Shown here: positions 26,101 to 39,800 of the stretch, in pieces
Position numbering within the stretch: the first letter of the stretch is position 1
Layout: each line of letters begins with the position of its first letter
NCBI GenBank assembly: GCA_964057225.1
Contig: OZ059894.1
Coordinates: 22,568,001 to 22,632,000, forward strand
DNA from: Auanema rhodensis
Lineage: Eukaryota > Animalia > Nematoda
Direction: 5' to 3'
DNA: 64,000 bases
Made by a program: the position numbers and the translations under genes
The notes under the pieces: generated by a model
What the model was told of the DNA's origin: nothing
Seen by the model: only the letters and a program-made list of their open reading frames with translations
Databases searched by the model: none

Positions 26101-28075
26101 TCAAAATGTTTTTGGAAGCATTGTTGAGTGTACATGGAAACTCAACATACACTAATGCATCATTTTTCAAACGATCATAACTAATTTTTGTATCAAGCGT
26201 TTCTCAATGTAGTTTAGTGCATTCGATGCGGATTTTTAAGCTGCGTCGATCTGTGTTATCAGATTTGCGCTAGCTTAAAAATGCACCGAGATATCAACTG
26301 ATATAAGTTCACACTTATATCCTCGATTTTCACCCTGAAGGAATAATTTTTTCGTTGAATAACATTGTCCATCGTCTTTGCCTTGAAAAAAGGAATCTAA
26401 AAACATCTACTTTTTGCTAAATTATTTTGAAAATTTTCGAAAAAATTTTTGTCAAAATGTTTTTGGAAGCATTGTTGAGTGTACATGGAAACTCAACATA
26501 CACTAATGCATCATTTTTCAAACGATCATAACTAATTTGTGTATTAAGCGTTTCTCAATGTAGTATAGTGCATTCGATGCGGATTTTTAAGCTGCGTCGA
26601 TCTCTGTTATCAGATTTGCGCTAGCTTAAAAATGCACCGAGATATCAACTGATATATGTTCACACTTATATCCTCGATTTTCACCCTGAAGGAATAATTT
26701 TTTCGTTGAATAACATTGTCCATCGTCTTTGCCTTGAAAAAAGGAATCTAAAAACATCTACTTTTTGCTAAATTATTTTGAAATTTTTCGAAAAAATTTT
26801 TGTCAAAATGTTTTTGGAAGCAATGTTGAGTGTACATGGAAACTCAACATACACTAATGCATCATTTTTCAAACGATCATAACTAATTTTTGTATCAAGC
26901 GTTTCTCAATGTAGTATAGTGCATTCGATGCGGATTTTTAAGCTGCGTCGATCTGTGTTATCAGATTTGCGCTAGCTTAAAAATGCACCGAGATATCAAC
27001 TGATATAAGTTCACACTTATATCCTCGATTTTCACCCTGAAGAATTAATTTTTTTCGTTGAATAACATTGTCCATCGTCTTTGCCTTGAAAAATGGAATC
27101 TAAAAACATCTACTTTTTGCTAAATTATTTTGAAATTTTTCGAAAAAATTTTTGTCAAAATGTTTTTGGAAGCATTGTTGAGTGTACATGGAAACTCAAC
27201 ATACACTAATGCATCATTTTTCAAACGATCATAACTAATTTTTGTATCAAGCGTTTCTCAATGTAGTTTAGTGCATTCGATGCGGATTTTTAAGCTGCGT
27301 CGATCTGTGTTATCAGATTTGCGCTAGCTTAAAAATGCACCGAGATATCAACTGATATAAGTTCACACTTATATCCTCGATTTTCACCCTGAAGGAATAA
27401 TTTTTTCGTTGAATAACATTGTCCATCGTCTTTGCCTTGAAAAAAGGAATCTAAAAACATCTACTTTTTGCTAAATTATTTTGAAATTTTTCGAAAAAAT
27501 TTTTGTCAAAATGTTTTTGGAAGCAATGTTGAGTGTACATGGAAACTCAACATACACTAATGCATCATTTTTCAAACGATCATAACTAATTTTTGTATTA
27601 AGCGTTTCTCAATGTAGTATAGTGAATTCGATGCGGATTTTTAAGCTGCGTCGATCTGTGTTATCAGATTTGCGCTAGCTTAAAAATGCACCGAGATATC
27701 AACTGATATAAGTTCACACTTATATCCTCGATTTTCACCCTGAAGAATTAATTTTTTCGTTGAATAACATTGTCCATCGTCTTTGCCTTGAAAAATGGAA
27801 TCTAAAAACATCTACTTTTTGCTAAATTATTTTGAAATTTTTCGAAAAAATTTTTGTCAAAATGTTTTTGGAAGCATTGTTGAGTGTACATGGAAACTCA
27901 ACATACACTAATGCATCATTTTTCAAAGGATCATAACTAACTTTTGTATTAAGCGTTTCTCAATGTAGTATAGTGCATTCGATGCGGATTTTTAAGCTGC
28001 GTCGATCTGTGTTATCAGATTTGCGCTAGCTTAAAAATGCACCGAGATATCAACTGATATAAGTTCACACTTATA
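23160..28075. repeat. Tandem 7-monomer duplication (2 x 2458 bp)
   Basis: 23160-25617 and 25618-28075 share rare markers in the same order: CCTTGGAAAA, GAAAATTTTC, GATATATGT, an extra T in the T-run, GTGAATTC, and AAAGGA+TAACTTTT. Confidence 0.93.
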
Positions 28076-28899
28076 TCCTCGATTTTCACCCTGAAGAATT
28101 AATTTTTTCGTTGAATAACATTGTCCATCGTCTTTGCCTTGAAAAATGGAATCTAAAAACATCTACTTTTTGCTAATTTAATTTGAAATTTTTCGAAAAA
28201 ATTTTTGTCAAAATGTTTTTGGAAGCAATGTTGAGTGTACATGGAAACTCAACATACACTAATGCATCATTTTTCAAACGATCATAACTAATTTTTGTAT
28301 TAAGCGTTTCTCAATGTAGTATAGTGCATTCGATGCGGATTTTTAAGCTGCGTCGATCTGTGTTATCAGATTTGCGCTAGCTTAAAAATGCACCGAGATA
28401 GCAACTGATATAAGTTCACACTTATATCCTCGATTTTCACCCTGAAGAATTAATTTTTTCGTTGAATAACATTGTCCATCGTCTTTGCCTTGAAAAAAGG
28501 AATCTAAAAACATCTACTTTTTGCTAAATTATTTTGAAATTTTTCGAAAAAATTTTTGTCAAAATGTTCTTGGAAGCAATGTTGAGTGTACATGGAAACT
28601 CAACATACACTAATGCATCATTTTTCAAACGATCATAACTAATTTTTGTATTAAGCGTTTCTTAATGTAGTATAGTGCATTCGATGCGGATTTTTAAGCT
28701 GCGTCGATCTGTGTTATCAGATTTGCGCTAGCTTAAAAATGCACCGAGATATCAACTGATATAAGTTCACACTTATATCCTCGATTTTCACCCTGAAGAA
28801 TTAATTTTTTCGTTGAATAACATTGTCCATCGTCTTTGCCTTGAAAAAAGCAATCTAAAAACATCTACTTTTTGCTAATTTATTTTGAAATTTTTCGAA

Positions 28900-31800
28900 A
28901 AAATTTTTGTCAAAATGTTTTTGGAAGCAATGTTGAGTGTACATGGAAACTCAACATACACTAATGGATCATTTTTCAAACGATCATAACTAATTTCTGT
29001 ATCAACCGTTTCTTAATGTAGTATAGTGCATTCGATGCGGATTTTTAAGCTGCGTCGATCTGTGTTATCAGATTTGCGCTAGCTTAAAAATGCACCGAGA
29101 TATCAACTGATATAAGTTCACACTTATATCCTCGATTTTCACCCTGAAGAATTAATTTTTTCGTTGAATAACAATGTCCATCGTCTTTGCCTTGAAAAAA
29201 GCAATCTAAAAACATCTACTTTTCGCTAAATTATTTTGAAATTTTTCGAAAAAATTTTTGTCAAAATGTTTTTGGAAGCAATGTTGAGTGTACATGGAAA
29301 CTCAACATACACTAATGCATCATTTTTCAAACGATCATAACTAATTTTTGTATTAAGCGTTTCTCAATGTAGTATAGTGCATTCGATGCGGATTTTTAAG
29401 CTGCGTCGATCTGTGTTATCAGATTTGCGCAAGCTTTAAAATGCACCGAGATATCAACTGATATAAGTTCACACTTATATCCTCGATTTTCACCCTGAAG
29501 AATTAATTTTTTCGTTGAATAACATTGTCCATCGTCTTTGCCTTGAAAAAAGCAATCTAAAAACATCTACTTTTTGCTAATTTATTTTGAAATTTTTCGA
29601 AAAAATTTTTGTCAAAATGTTTTTGGAAGCAATGTTGAGTGTACATGGAAACTCAACATACACTAATGGATCATTTTTCAAACGATCATAACTAATTTCT
29701 GTATCAAGCGTTTCTCAATGTAGTATAGTGCATTCGATGCGGATTTTTAAGCTGCGTCGATCTGTGTTATCAGATTTGCGCTAGCTTAAAAATGCACCGA
29801 GATATCAACTGATATAAGTTCACACTTATATCCTCGATTTTCACCCTGAAGAATTAATTTTTTCGTTGAATAACATTGTCCATCGTCTTTGCCTTGAAAA
29901 ATGGAATCTAAAAACATCTACTTTTTGCTAATTTAATTTGAAATTTTTCGAAAAAATTTTTGTCAAAATGTTTTTGGAAGCAATGTTGAGTGTACATGGA
30001 AACTCAACATACACTAATGGATCATTTTTCAAACGATCATAACTAATTTCTGTATCAACCGTTTCTTAATGTAGTATAGTGCATTCGATGCGGATTTTTA
30101 AGCTGCGTCGATCTGTGTTATCAGATTTGCGCTAGCTTAAAAATGCACCGAGATATCAACTGATATAAGTTCACACTTATATCCTCGATTTTCACCCTGA
30201 AGAATTAATTTTTTCGTTGAATAACAATGTCCATCGTCTTTGCCTTGAAAAAAGCAATCTAAAAACATCTACTTTTCGCTAAATTATTTTGAAATTTTTC
30301 GAAAAAATTTTTGTCAAAATGTTTTTGGAAGCAATGTTGAGTGTACATGGAAACTCAACATACACTAATGCATCATTTTTCAAACGATCATAACTAATTT
30401 TTGTATTAAGCGTTTCTCAATGTAGTATAGTGCATTCGATGCGGATTTTTAAGCTGCGTCGATCTGTGTTATCAGATTTGCGCAAGCTTAAAAATGCACC
30501 GAGATATCAACTGATATAAGTTCACACTTATATCCTCGATTTTCACCCTGAAGAATTAATTTTTTCGTTGAATAACATTGTCCATCGTCTTTGCCTTGAA
30601 AAAAGCAATCTAAAAACATCTACTTTTTGCTAATTTATTTTGAAATTTTTCGAAAAAATTTTTGTCAAAATGTTTTTGGAAGCAATGTTGAGTGTACATG
30701 GAAACTCAACATACACTAATGGATCATTTTTCAAACGATCATAACTAATTTCTGTATCAAGCGTTTCTCAATGTAGTATAGTGCATTCGATGCGGATTTT
30801 TAAGCTGCGTCGATCTGTGTTATCAGATTTGCGCTAGCTTAAAAATGCACCGAGATATCAACTGATATAAGTTCACACTTATATCCTCGATTTTCACCCT
30901 GAAGAATTAATTTTTTCGTTGAATAACATTGTCCATCGTCTTTGCCTTGAAAAATGGAATCTAAAAACATCTACTTTTTGCTAATTTAATTTGAAATTTT
31001 TCGAAAAAATTTTTGTCAAAATGTTTTTGGAAGCAATGTTGAGTGTACATGGAAACTCAACATACACTAATGGATCATTTTTCAAACGATCATAACTAAT
31101 TTCTGTATCAACCGTTTCTTAATGTAGTATAGTGCATTCGATGCGGATTTTTAAGCTGCGTCGATCTGTGTTATCAGATTTGCGCTAGCTTAAAAATGCA
31201 CCGAGATATCAACTGATATAAGTTCACACTTATATCCTCGATTTTCACCCTGAAGAATTAATTTTTTCGTTGAATAACAATGTCCATCGTCTTTGCCTTG
31301 AAAAAAGCAATCTAAAAACATCTACTTTTCGCTAAATTATTTTGAAATTTTTCGAAAAAATTTTTGTCAAAATGTTTTTGGAAGCAATGTTGAGTGTACA
31401 TGGAAACTCAACATACACTAATGCATCATTTTTCAAACGATCATAACTAATTTTTGTATTAAGCGTTTCTCAATGTAGTATAGTGCATTCGATGCGGATT
31501 TTTAAGCTGCGTCGATCTGTGTTATCAGATTTGCGCAAGCTTAAAAATGCACCGAGATATCAACTGATATAAGTTCACACTTATATCCTCGATTTTCACC
31601 CTGAAGAATTAATTTTTTCGTTGAATAACATTGTCCATCGTCTTTGCCTTGAAAAAAGCAATCTAAAAACATCTACTTTTTGCTAATTTATTTTGAAATT
31701 TTTCGAAAAAATTTTTGTCAAAATGTTTTTGGAAGCAATGTTGAGTGTACATGGAAACTCAACATACACTAATGGATCATTTTTCAAACGATCATAACTA

Positions 31801-32050
31801 ATTTCTGTATCAAGCGTTTCTCAATGTAGTATAGTGCATTCGATGCGGATTTTTAAGCTGCGTCGATCTGTGTTATCAGATTTGCGCTAGCTTAAAAATG
31901 CACCGAGATATCAACTGATATAAGTTCATACTTATATCCTCGATTTTCACCCTGAAGAATTAATTTTTTCGTTGAATAACATTGTCCATCGTCTTTGCCT
32001 TGAAAAATGGAATCTAAAAACATCTACTTTTTGCTAATTTAATTTGAAAT
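28900..32050. repeat. 3-monomer higher-order repeat, three copies (period 1053 bp)
   Basis: The ACAATGT/TTTCGC/GCGCAAG monomer occurs at 29129, 30182 and 31235, each preceded by a TCAACCG/TCTTAAT monomer. End points are approximate. Confidence 0.88.
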
Positions 32051-35000
32051 TTTTCGAAAAAATTTTTGTCAAAATGTTTTTGGAAGCAATGTTGAGTGTA
32101 CATGGAAACTCAACATACACTAATGCATCATTTTTCAAACGATCATAACTAATTTTTGTATTAAGCGTTTCTCAATGTAGTATAGTGCATTCGATGCGGA
32201 TTTTTAAGCTGCGTCGATCTGTGTTATCAGATTTGCGCTAGCTTAAAAATGCACCGAGATATCAACTGATATAAGTTCACACTTATATCCTCGATTTTCA
32301 CCCTGAAGAATTAATTTTTTCGTTGAATAACATTGTCCATCGTCTTTGCCTTGAAAAAAGCAATCTAAAAACATCTACTTGTTGCTAATTTATTTTGAAA
32401 TTTTTCGAAAAAATTTTTGTCAAAATGTTTTTGGAAGCAATGTTGAGTGTACATGGAAACTCAACATACACTAATGGATCATTTTTCAAACGATCATAAC
32501 TAATTTTTGTATTGAGCGTTTCTCAATGTAGTATAGTGCATTCGATGCGGATTTTTAAGCTGCGTCGATCTGTGTTATCAGATTTGCGCTAGCTTAAAAA
32601 TGCACCGAGATATCAACTGATATAAGTTCACACTTATATCCTCGATTTTCACCCTGAAGAATTAATTTTTTCGTTGAATAACATTGTCCATCGTCTTTGC
32701 CTTGAAAAAAGCAATCTAAAAACATCTACTTGTTGCTAATTTATTTTGAAATTTTTCGAAAAAATTTTTGTCAAAATGTTTTTGGAAGCAATGTTGAGTG
32801 TACATGGAAACTCAACATACACTAATGGATCATTTTTCAAACGATCATAACTAATTTTTGTATTGAGCGTTTCTCAATGTAGTATAGTGCATTCGATGCG
32901 GATTTTTAAGCTGCGTCGATCTGTGTTATCAGATTTGCGCTAGCTTAAAAATGCACCGAGATATCAACTGATATAAGTTCACACTTATATCCTCGATTTT
33001 CACCCTGAAGAATTAATTTTTTCGTTGAATAACATTGTCCATCGTCTTTGCCTTAAAAAAAGGAATCTAAAAACATCTACTTTTTGCTAATTTATTTTGA
33101 AATTTTTCGAAAAAATTTTTGTCAAAATGTTTTTGGAAGCAATGTTGAGTGTACATGGAAACTCAACATACACTAATGCATCATTTTTCAAACGATCATA
33201 ACTAATTTTTGTATTAAGCGTTTCTCAATGTAGTATAGTGCATTCGATGCGGATTTTTAAGCTGCGTCGATCTGTGTTATCAGATTTGCGCAAGCTTAAA
33301 AATGCACCGAGATATCAACTGATATAAGTTCACACTTATATCCTCGATTTTCACCCTGAAGAATTAATTTTTTCGTTGAATAACATTGTCCATCGTCTTT
33401 GCCTTGAAAAAAGCAATCTAAAAACATCTACTTTTTGCTAATTTATTTTGAAATTTTTCGAAAAAATTTTTGTCAAAATGTTTTTGGAAGCAATGTTGAG
33501 TGTACATGGAAACTCAACATACACTAATGGATCATTTTTCAAACGATCATAACTAATTTCTGTATCAAGCGTTTCTCAATGTAGTATAGTGCATTCGATG
33601 CGGATTTTTAAGCTGCGTCGATCTGTGTTATCAGATTTGCGCTAGCTTAAAAATGCACCGAGATATCAACTGATATAAGTTCATACTTATATCCTCGATT
33701 TTCACCCTGAAGAATTAATTTTTTCGTTGAATAACATTGTCCATCGTCTTTGCCTTGAAAAATGGAATCTAAAAACATCTACTTTTTGCTAATTTAATTT
33801 GAAATTTTTCGAAAAAATTTTTGTCAAAATGTTTTTGGAAGCAATGTTGAGTGTACATGGAAACTCAACATACACTAATGCATCATTTTTCAAACGATCA
33901 TAACTAATTTTTGTATTAAGCGTTTCTCAATGTAGTATAGTGCATTCGATGCGGATTTTTAAGCTGCGTCGATCTGTGTTATCAGATTTGCGCTAGCTTA
34001 AAAATGCACCGAGATATCAACTGATATAAGTTCACACTTATATCCTCGATTTTCACCCTGAAGAATTAATTTTTTCGTTGAATAACATTGTCCATCGTCT
34101 TTGCCTTGAAAAAAGCAATCTAAAAACATCTACTTGTTGCTAATTTATTTTGAAATTTTTCGAAAAAATTTTTGTCAAAATGTTTTTGGAAGCAATGTTG
34201 AGTGTACATGGAAACTCAACATACACTAATGGATCATTTTTCAAACGATCATAACTAATTTTTGTATTGAGCGTTTCTCAATGTAGTATAGTGCATTCGA
34301 TGCGGATTTTTAAGCTGCGTCGATCTGTGTTATCAGATTTGCGCTAGCTTAAAAATGCACCGAGATATCAACTGATATAAGTTCACACTTATATCCTCGA
34401 TTTTCACCCTGAAGAATTAATTTTTTCGTTGAATAACATTGTCCATCGTCTTTGCCTTGAAAAAAGCAATCTAAAAACATCTACTTGTTGCTAATTTATT
34501 TTGAAATTTTTCGAAAAAATTTTTGTCAAAATGTTTTTGGAAGCAATGTTGAGTGTACATGGAAACTCAACATACACTAATGGATCATTTTTCAAACGAT
34601 CATAACTAATTTTTGTATTGAGCGTTTCTCAATGTAGTATAGTGCATTCGATGCGGATTTTTAAGCTGCGTCGATCTGTGTTATCAGATTTGCGCTAGCT
34701 TAAAAATGCACCGAGATATCAACTGATATAAGTTCACACTTATATCCTCGATTTTCACCCTGAAGAATTAATTTTTTCGTTGAATAACATTGTCCATCGT
34801 CTTTGCCTTAAAAAAAGGAATCTAAAAACATCTACTTTTTGCTAATTTATTTTGAAATTTTTCGAAAAAATTTTTGTCAAAATGTTTTTGGAAGCAATGT
34901 TGAGTGTACATGGAAACTCAACATACACTAATGCATCATTTTTCAAACGATCATAACTAATTTTTGTATTAAGCGTTTCTCAATGTAGTATAGTGCATTC
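31500..35000. repeat. Tandem 5-monomer duplication (period 1755 bp)
   Basis: The TTCATACTT variant occurs at 31929 and 33684. Paired CTTGTTGC monomers sit at 32288/32639 and 34043/34394, and the CCTTAAAA monomer at 32990 and 34745. Confidence 0.88.
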
Positions 35001-36850
35001 GATGCGGATTTGTAAGCTGCGTCGATCTGTGTTATCAGATTTGCGCTAGCTTAAAAATGCACCGAGATATCAACTGATATAAGTTCACACTTATATCCTC
35101 GATTTTCACCCTGAAGAATTAATTTTTTCGTTGAATAACATTGTCCATCGTCTTTGCCTTGAAAAAAGGAATTTAAAAACATCTACTTTTTGCTAAATTA
35201 TTTTGAAATTTTTCGAAAAAATTTTTGTCAAAATGTTTTTGGAAGCAATGTTGAGTGTACATGGAAACTCAACATACACTAATGCATCATTTTTCAAACG
35301 ATCATAACTAATTTTTGTATTAAGCGTTTCTCAATGTAGTATAGTGCATTCGATGCGGATTTTTAAGCTGCGTCGATCTGTGTTATCAGATTTGCGCTAG
35401 CTTAAAAATGCACCGAGATATCAACTGATATAAGTTCACACTTATATCCTCGATTTTCACCCTGAAGAATTAATTTTTTCGTTGAATAACATTGTCCATC
35501 GTCTTTGCCTTGAAAAAAGCAATCTAAAAACATCTACTTTTTGCTAATTTATTTTGAAATTTTTCGAAAAAATTTTTGTCAAAATGTTTTTGGAAGCAAT
35601 GTTGAGTGTACATGGAAACTCAACATACACCAATGCATCATTTTTCAAACGATCATAACTAATTTTTGTATTAAGCGTTTCTCAATGTAGTATAGTGCAT
35701 TCGATGCGGATTTTTAAGCTGCGTCGATCTGTGTTATCAGATTTGCGCTAGCTTAAAAATGCACCGAGATATCAACTGATATAAGTTCACACTTATATCC
35801 TCGATTTTCACCCTGAAGAATTAATTTTTTCGTTGAATAACATTGTCCATCGTCTTTGCCTTAAAAAAAGGAATCTAAAAACATCTACTTTTTGCTAATT
35901 TATTTTGAAATTTTTCGAAAAAATTTTTGTCAAAATGTTTTTGGAAGCAATGTTGAGTGTACATGGAAACTCAACATACACTAATGCATCATTTTTCAAA
36001 CGATCATAACTAATTTTTGTATTAAGCGTTTCTCAATGTAGTATAGTGCATTCGATGCGGATTTGTAAGCTGCGTCGATCTGTGTTATCAGATTTGCGCT
36101 AGCTTAAAAATGCACCGAGATATCAACTGATATAAGTTCACACTTATATCCTCGATTTTCACCCTGAAGAATTAATTTTTTCGTTGAATAACATTGTCCA
36201 TCGTCTTTGCCTTAAAAAAAGGAATCTAAAAACATCTACTTTTTGCTAATTTATTTTGAAATTTTTCGAAAAAATTTTTGTCAAAATGTTTTTGGAAGCA
36301 ATGTTGAGTGTACATGGAAACTCAACATACACTAATGCATCATTTTTCAAACGATCATAACTAATTTTTGTATTAAGCGTTTCTCAATGTAGTATAGTGC
36401 ATTCGATGCGGATTTGTAAGCTGCGTCGATCTGTGTTATCAGATTTGCGCTAGCTTAAAAATGCACCGAGATATCAACTGATATAAGTTCACACTTATAT
36501 CCTCGATTTTCACCCTGAAGAATTAATTTTTTCGTTGAATAACATTGTCCATCGTCTTTGCCTTGAAAAAAGGAATTTAAAAACATCTACTTTTTGCTAA
36601 ATTATTTTGAAATTTTTCGAAAAAATTTTTGTCAAAATGTTTTTGGAAGCAATGTTGAGTGTACATGGAAACTCAACATACACTAATGCATCATTTTTCA
36701 AACGATCATAACTAATTTTTGTATTAAGCGTTTCTCAATGTAGTATAGTGCATTCGATGCGGATTTTTAAGCTGCGTCGATCTGTGTTATCAGATTTGCG
36801 CTAGCTTAAAAATGCACCGAGATAGCAACTGATATAAGTTCACACTTATA

Positions 36851-39800
36851 TCCTCGATTTTCACCCTGAAGAATTAATTTTTTCGTTGAATAACATTGTC
36901 CATCGTCTTTGCCTTGAAAAAAGGAATCTAAAAACATCTGTTTTTTGCTAATTTATTTTGAAATGTTTCGAAAAAATTTTTGTCAAAATGTTTTTGGAAG
37001 CAATGTTGAGTGTACATGGAAACTCAACATACACTAATGGATCATTTTTCAAACGATCATAACTAATTTTTGTATTGAGCGTTTCTCAATGTAGTATAGT
37101 GCATTCGATGCGGATTTTTAAGCTGCGTCGATCTGTGTTATCAGATTTGCGCTAGCTTAAAAATGCACCGAGATATCAACTGATATAAGTTCACACTTAT
37201 ATCCTCGATTTTCACCCTGAAGAATTAATTTTTTCGTTGAATAACATTGTCCATCGTCTTTGCCTTAAAAAAAGGAATCTAAAAACATCTACTTTTTGCT
37301 AATTTATTTTGAAATTTTTCGAAAAAATTTTTGTCAAAATGTTTTTGGAAGCAATGTTGAGTGTACATGGAAACTCAACATACACTAATGCATCATTTTT
37401 CAAACGATCATAACTAATTTTTGTATTAAGCGTTTCTCAATGTAGTATAGTGCATTCGATGCGGATTTGTAAGCTGCGTCGATCTGTGTTATCAGATTTG
37501 CGCTAGCTTAAAAATGCACCGAGATATCAACTGATATAAGTTCACACTTATATCCTCGATTTTCACCCTGAAGAATTAATTTTTTCGTTGAATAACATTG
37601 TCCATCGTCTTTGCCTTGAAAAAAGGAATCTAAAAACATCTGTTTTTTGCTAATTTATTTTGAAATGTTTCGAAAAAATTTTTGTCAAAATGTTTTTGGA
37701 AGCAATGTTGAGTGTACATGGAAACTCAACATACACTAATGGATCATTTTTCAAACGATCATAACTAATTTTTGTATTGAGCGTTTCTCAATGTAGTATA
37801 GTGCATTCGATGCGGATTTTTAAGCTGCGTCGATCTGTGTTATCAGATTTGCGCTAGCTTAAAAATGCACCGAGATATCAACTGATATAAGTTCACACTT
37901 ATATCCTCGATTTTCACCCTGAAGAATTAATTTTTTCGTTGAATAACATTGTCCATCGTCTTTGCCTTGAAAAAAGGAATCTAAAAACATCTGTTTTTTG
38001 CTAATTTATTTTGAAATGTTTCGAAAAAATTTTTGTCAAAATGTTTTTGGAAGCAATGTTGAGTGTACATGGAAACTCAACATACACTAATGGATCATTT
38101 TTCAAACGATCATAACTAATTTTTGTATTGAGCGTTTCTCAATGTAGTATAGTGCATTCGATGCGGATTTTTAAGCTGCGTCGATCTGTGTTATCAGATT
38201 TGCGCTAGCTTAAAAATGCACCGAGATATCAACTGATATAAGTTCACACTTATATCCTCGATTTTCACCCTGAAGAATTAATTTTTTCGTTGAATAACAT
38301 TGTCCATCGTCTTTGCCTTAAAAAAAGGAATCTAAAAACATCTACTTTTTGCTAATTTATTTTGAAATTTTTCGAAAAAATTTTTGTCAAAATGTTTTTG
38401 GAAGCAATGTTGAGTGTACATGGAAACTCAACATACACTAATGCATCATTTTTCAAACGATCATAACTAATTTTTGTATTAAGCGTTTCTCAATGTAGTA
38501 TAGTGCATTCGATGCGGATTTGTAAGCTGCGTCGATCTGTGTTATCAGATTTGCGCTAGCTTAAAAATGCACCGAGATATCAACTGATATAAGTTCACAC
38601 TTATATCCTCGATTTTCACCCTGAAGAATTAATTTTTTCGTTGAATAACATTGTCCATCGTCTTTGCCTTGAAAAAAGGAATCTAAAAACATCTGTTTTT
38701 TGCTAATTTATTTTGAAATGTTTCGAAAAAATTTTTGTCAAAATGTTTTTGGAAGCAATGTTGAGTGTACATGGAAACTCAACATACACTAATGGATCAT
38801 TTTTCAAACGATCATAACTAATTTTTGTATTGAGCGTTTCTCAATGTAGTATAGTGCATTCGATGCGGATTTTTAAGCTGCGTCGATCTGTGTTATCAGA
38901 TTTGCGCTAGCTTAAAAATGCACCGAGATATCAACTGATATAAGTTCACACTTATATCCTCGATTTTCACCCTGAAGAATTAATTTTTTCGTTGAATAAC
39001 ATTGTCCATCGTCTTTGCCTTGAAAAAAGGAATCTAAAAACATCTGTTTTTTGCTAATTTATTTTGAAATGTTTCGAAAAAATTTTTGTCAAAATGTTTT
39101 TGGAAGCAATGTTGAGTGTACATGGAAACTCAACATACACTAATGGATCATTTTTCAAACGATCATAACTAATTTTTGTATTGAGCGTTTCTCAATGTAG
39201 TATAGTGCATTCGATGCGGATTTTTAAGCTGCGTCGATCTGTGTTATCAGATTTGCGCTAGCTTAAAAATGCACCGAGATATCAACTGATATAAGTTCAC
39301 ACTTATATCCTCGATTTTCACCCTGAAGAATTAATTTTTTCGTTGAATAACATTGTCCATCGTCTTTGCCTTAAAAAAAGGAATCTAAAAACATCTACTT
39401 TTTGCTAATTTATTTTGAAATTTTTCGAAAAAATTTTTGTCAAAATGTTTTTGGAAGCAATGTTGAGTGTACATGGAAACTCAACATACACTAATGCATC
39501 ATTTTTCAAACGATCATAACTAATTTTTGTATTAAGCGTTTCTCAATGTAGTATAGTGCATTCGATGCGGATTTTTAAGCTGCGTCGATCTGTGTTATCA
39601 GATTTGCGCTAGCTTAAAAATGCACCGAGATAGCAACTGATATAAGTTCACACTTATATCCTCGATTTTCACCCTGAAGAATTAATTTTTTCGTTGAATA
39701 ACATTGTCCATCGTCTTTGCCTTGAAAAAAGGAATCTAAAAACATCTGTTTTTTGCTAATTTATTTTGAAATGTTTCGAAAAAATTTTTGTCAAAATGTT

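Larger units (their letters stand above)
1..28075. repeat. Satellite subfamily domain 1 (monomers 1-80)
   Basis: This is the only region carrying the variants GAAGGAATAA (last in the monomer at 27374), GAAGCATTGTT (last ~27875), GATCTCTG, GTAGTTTAG, TCAAAGGAT, AAAAACTTTT and the 1-bp deletion TATTAACG. Confidence 0.9.
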
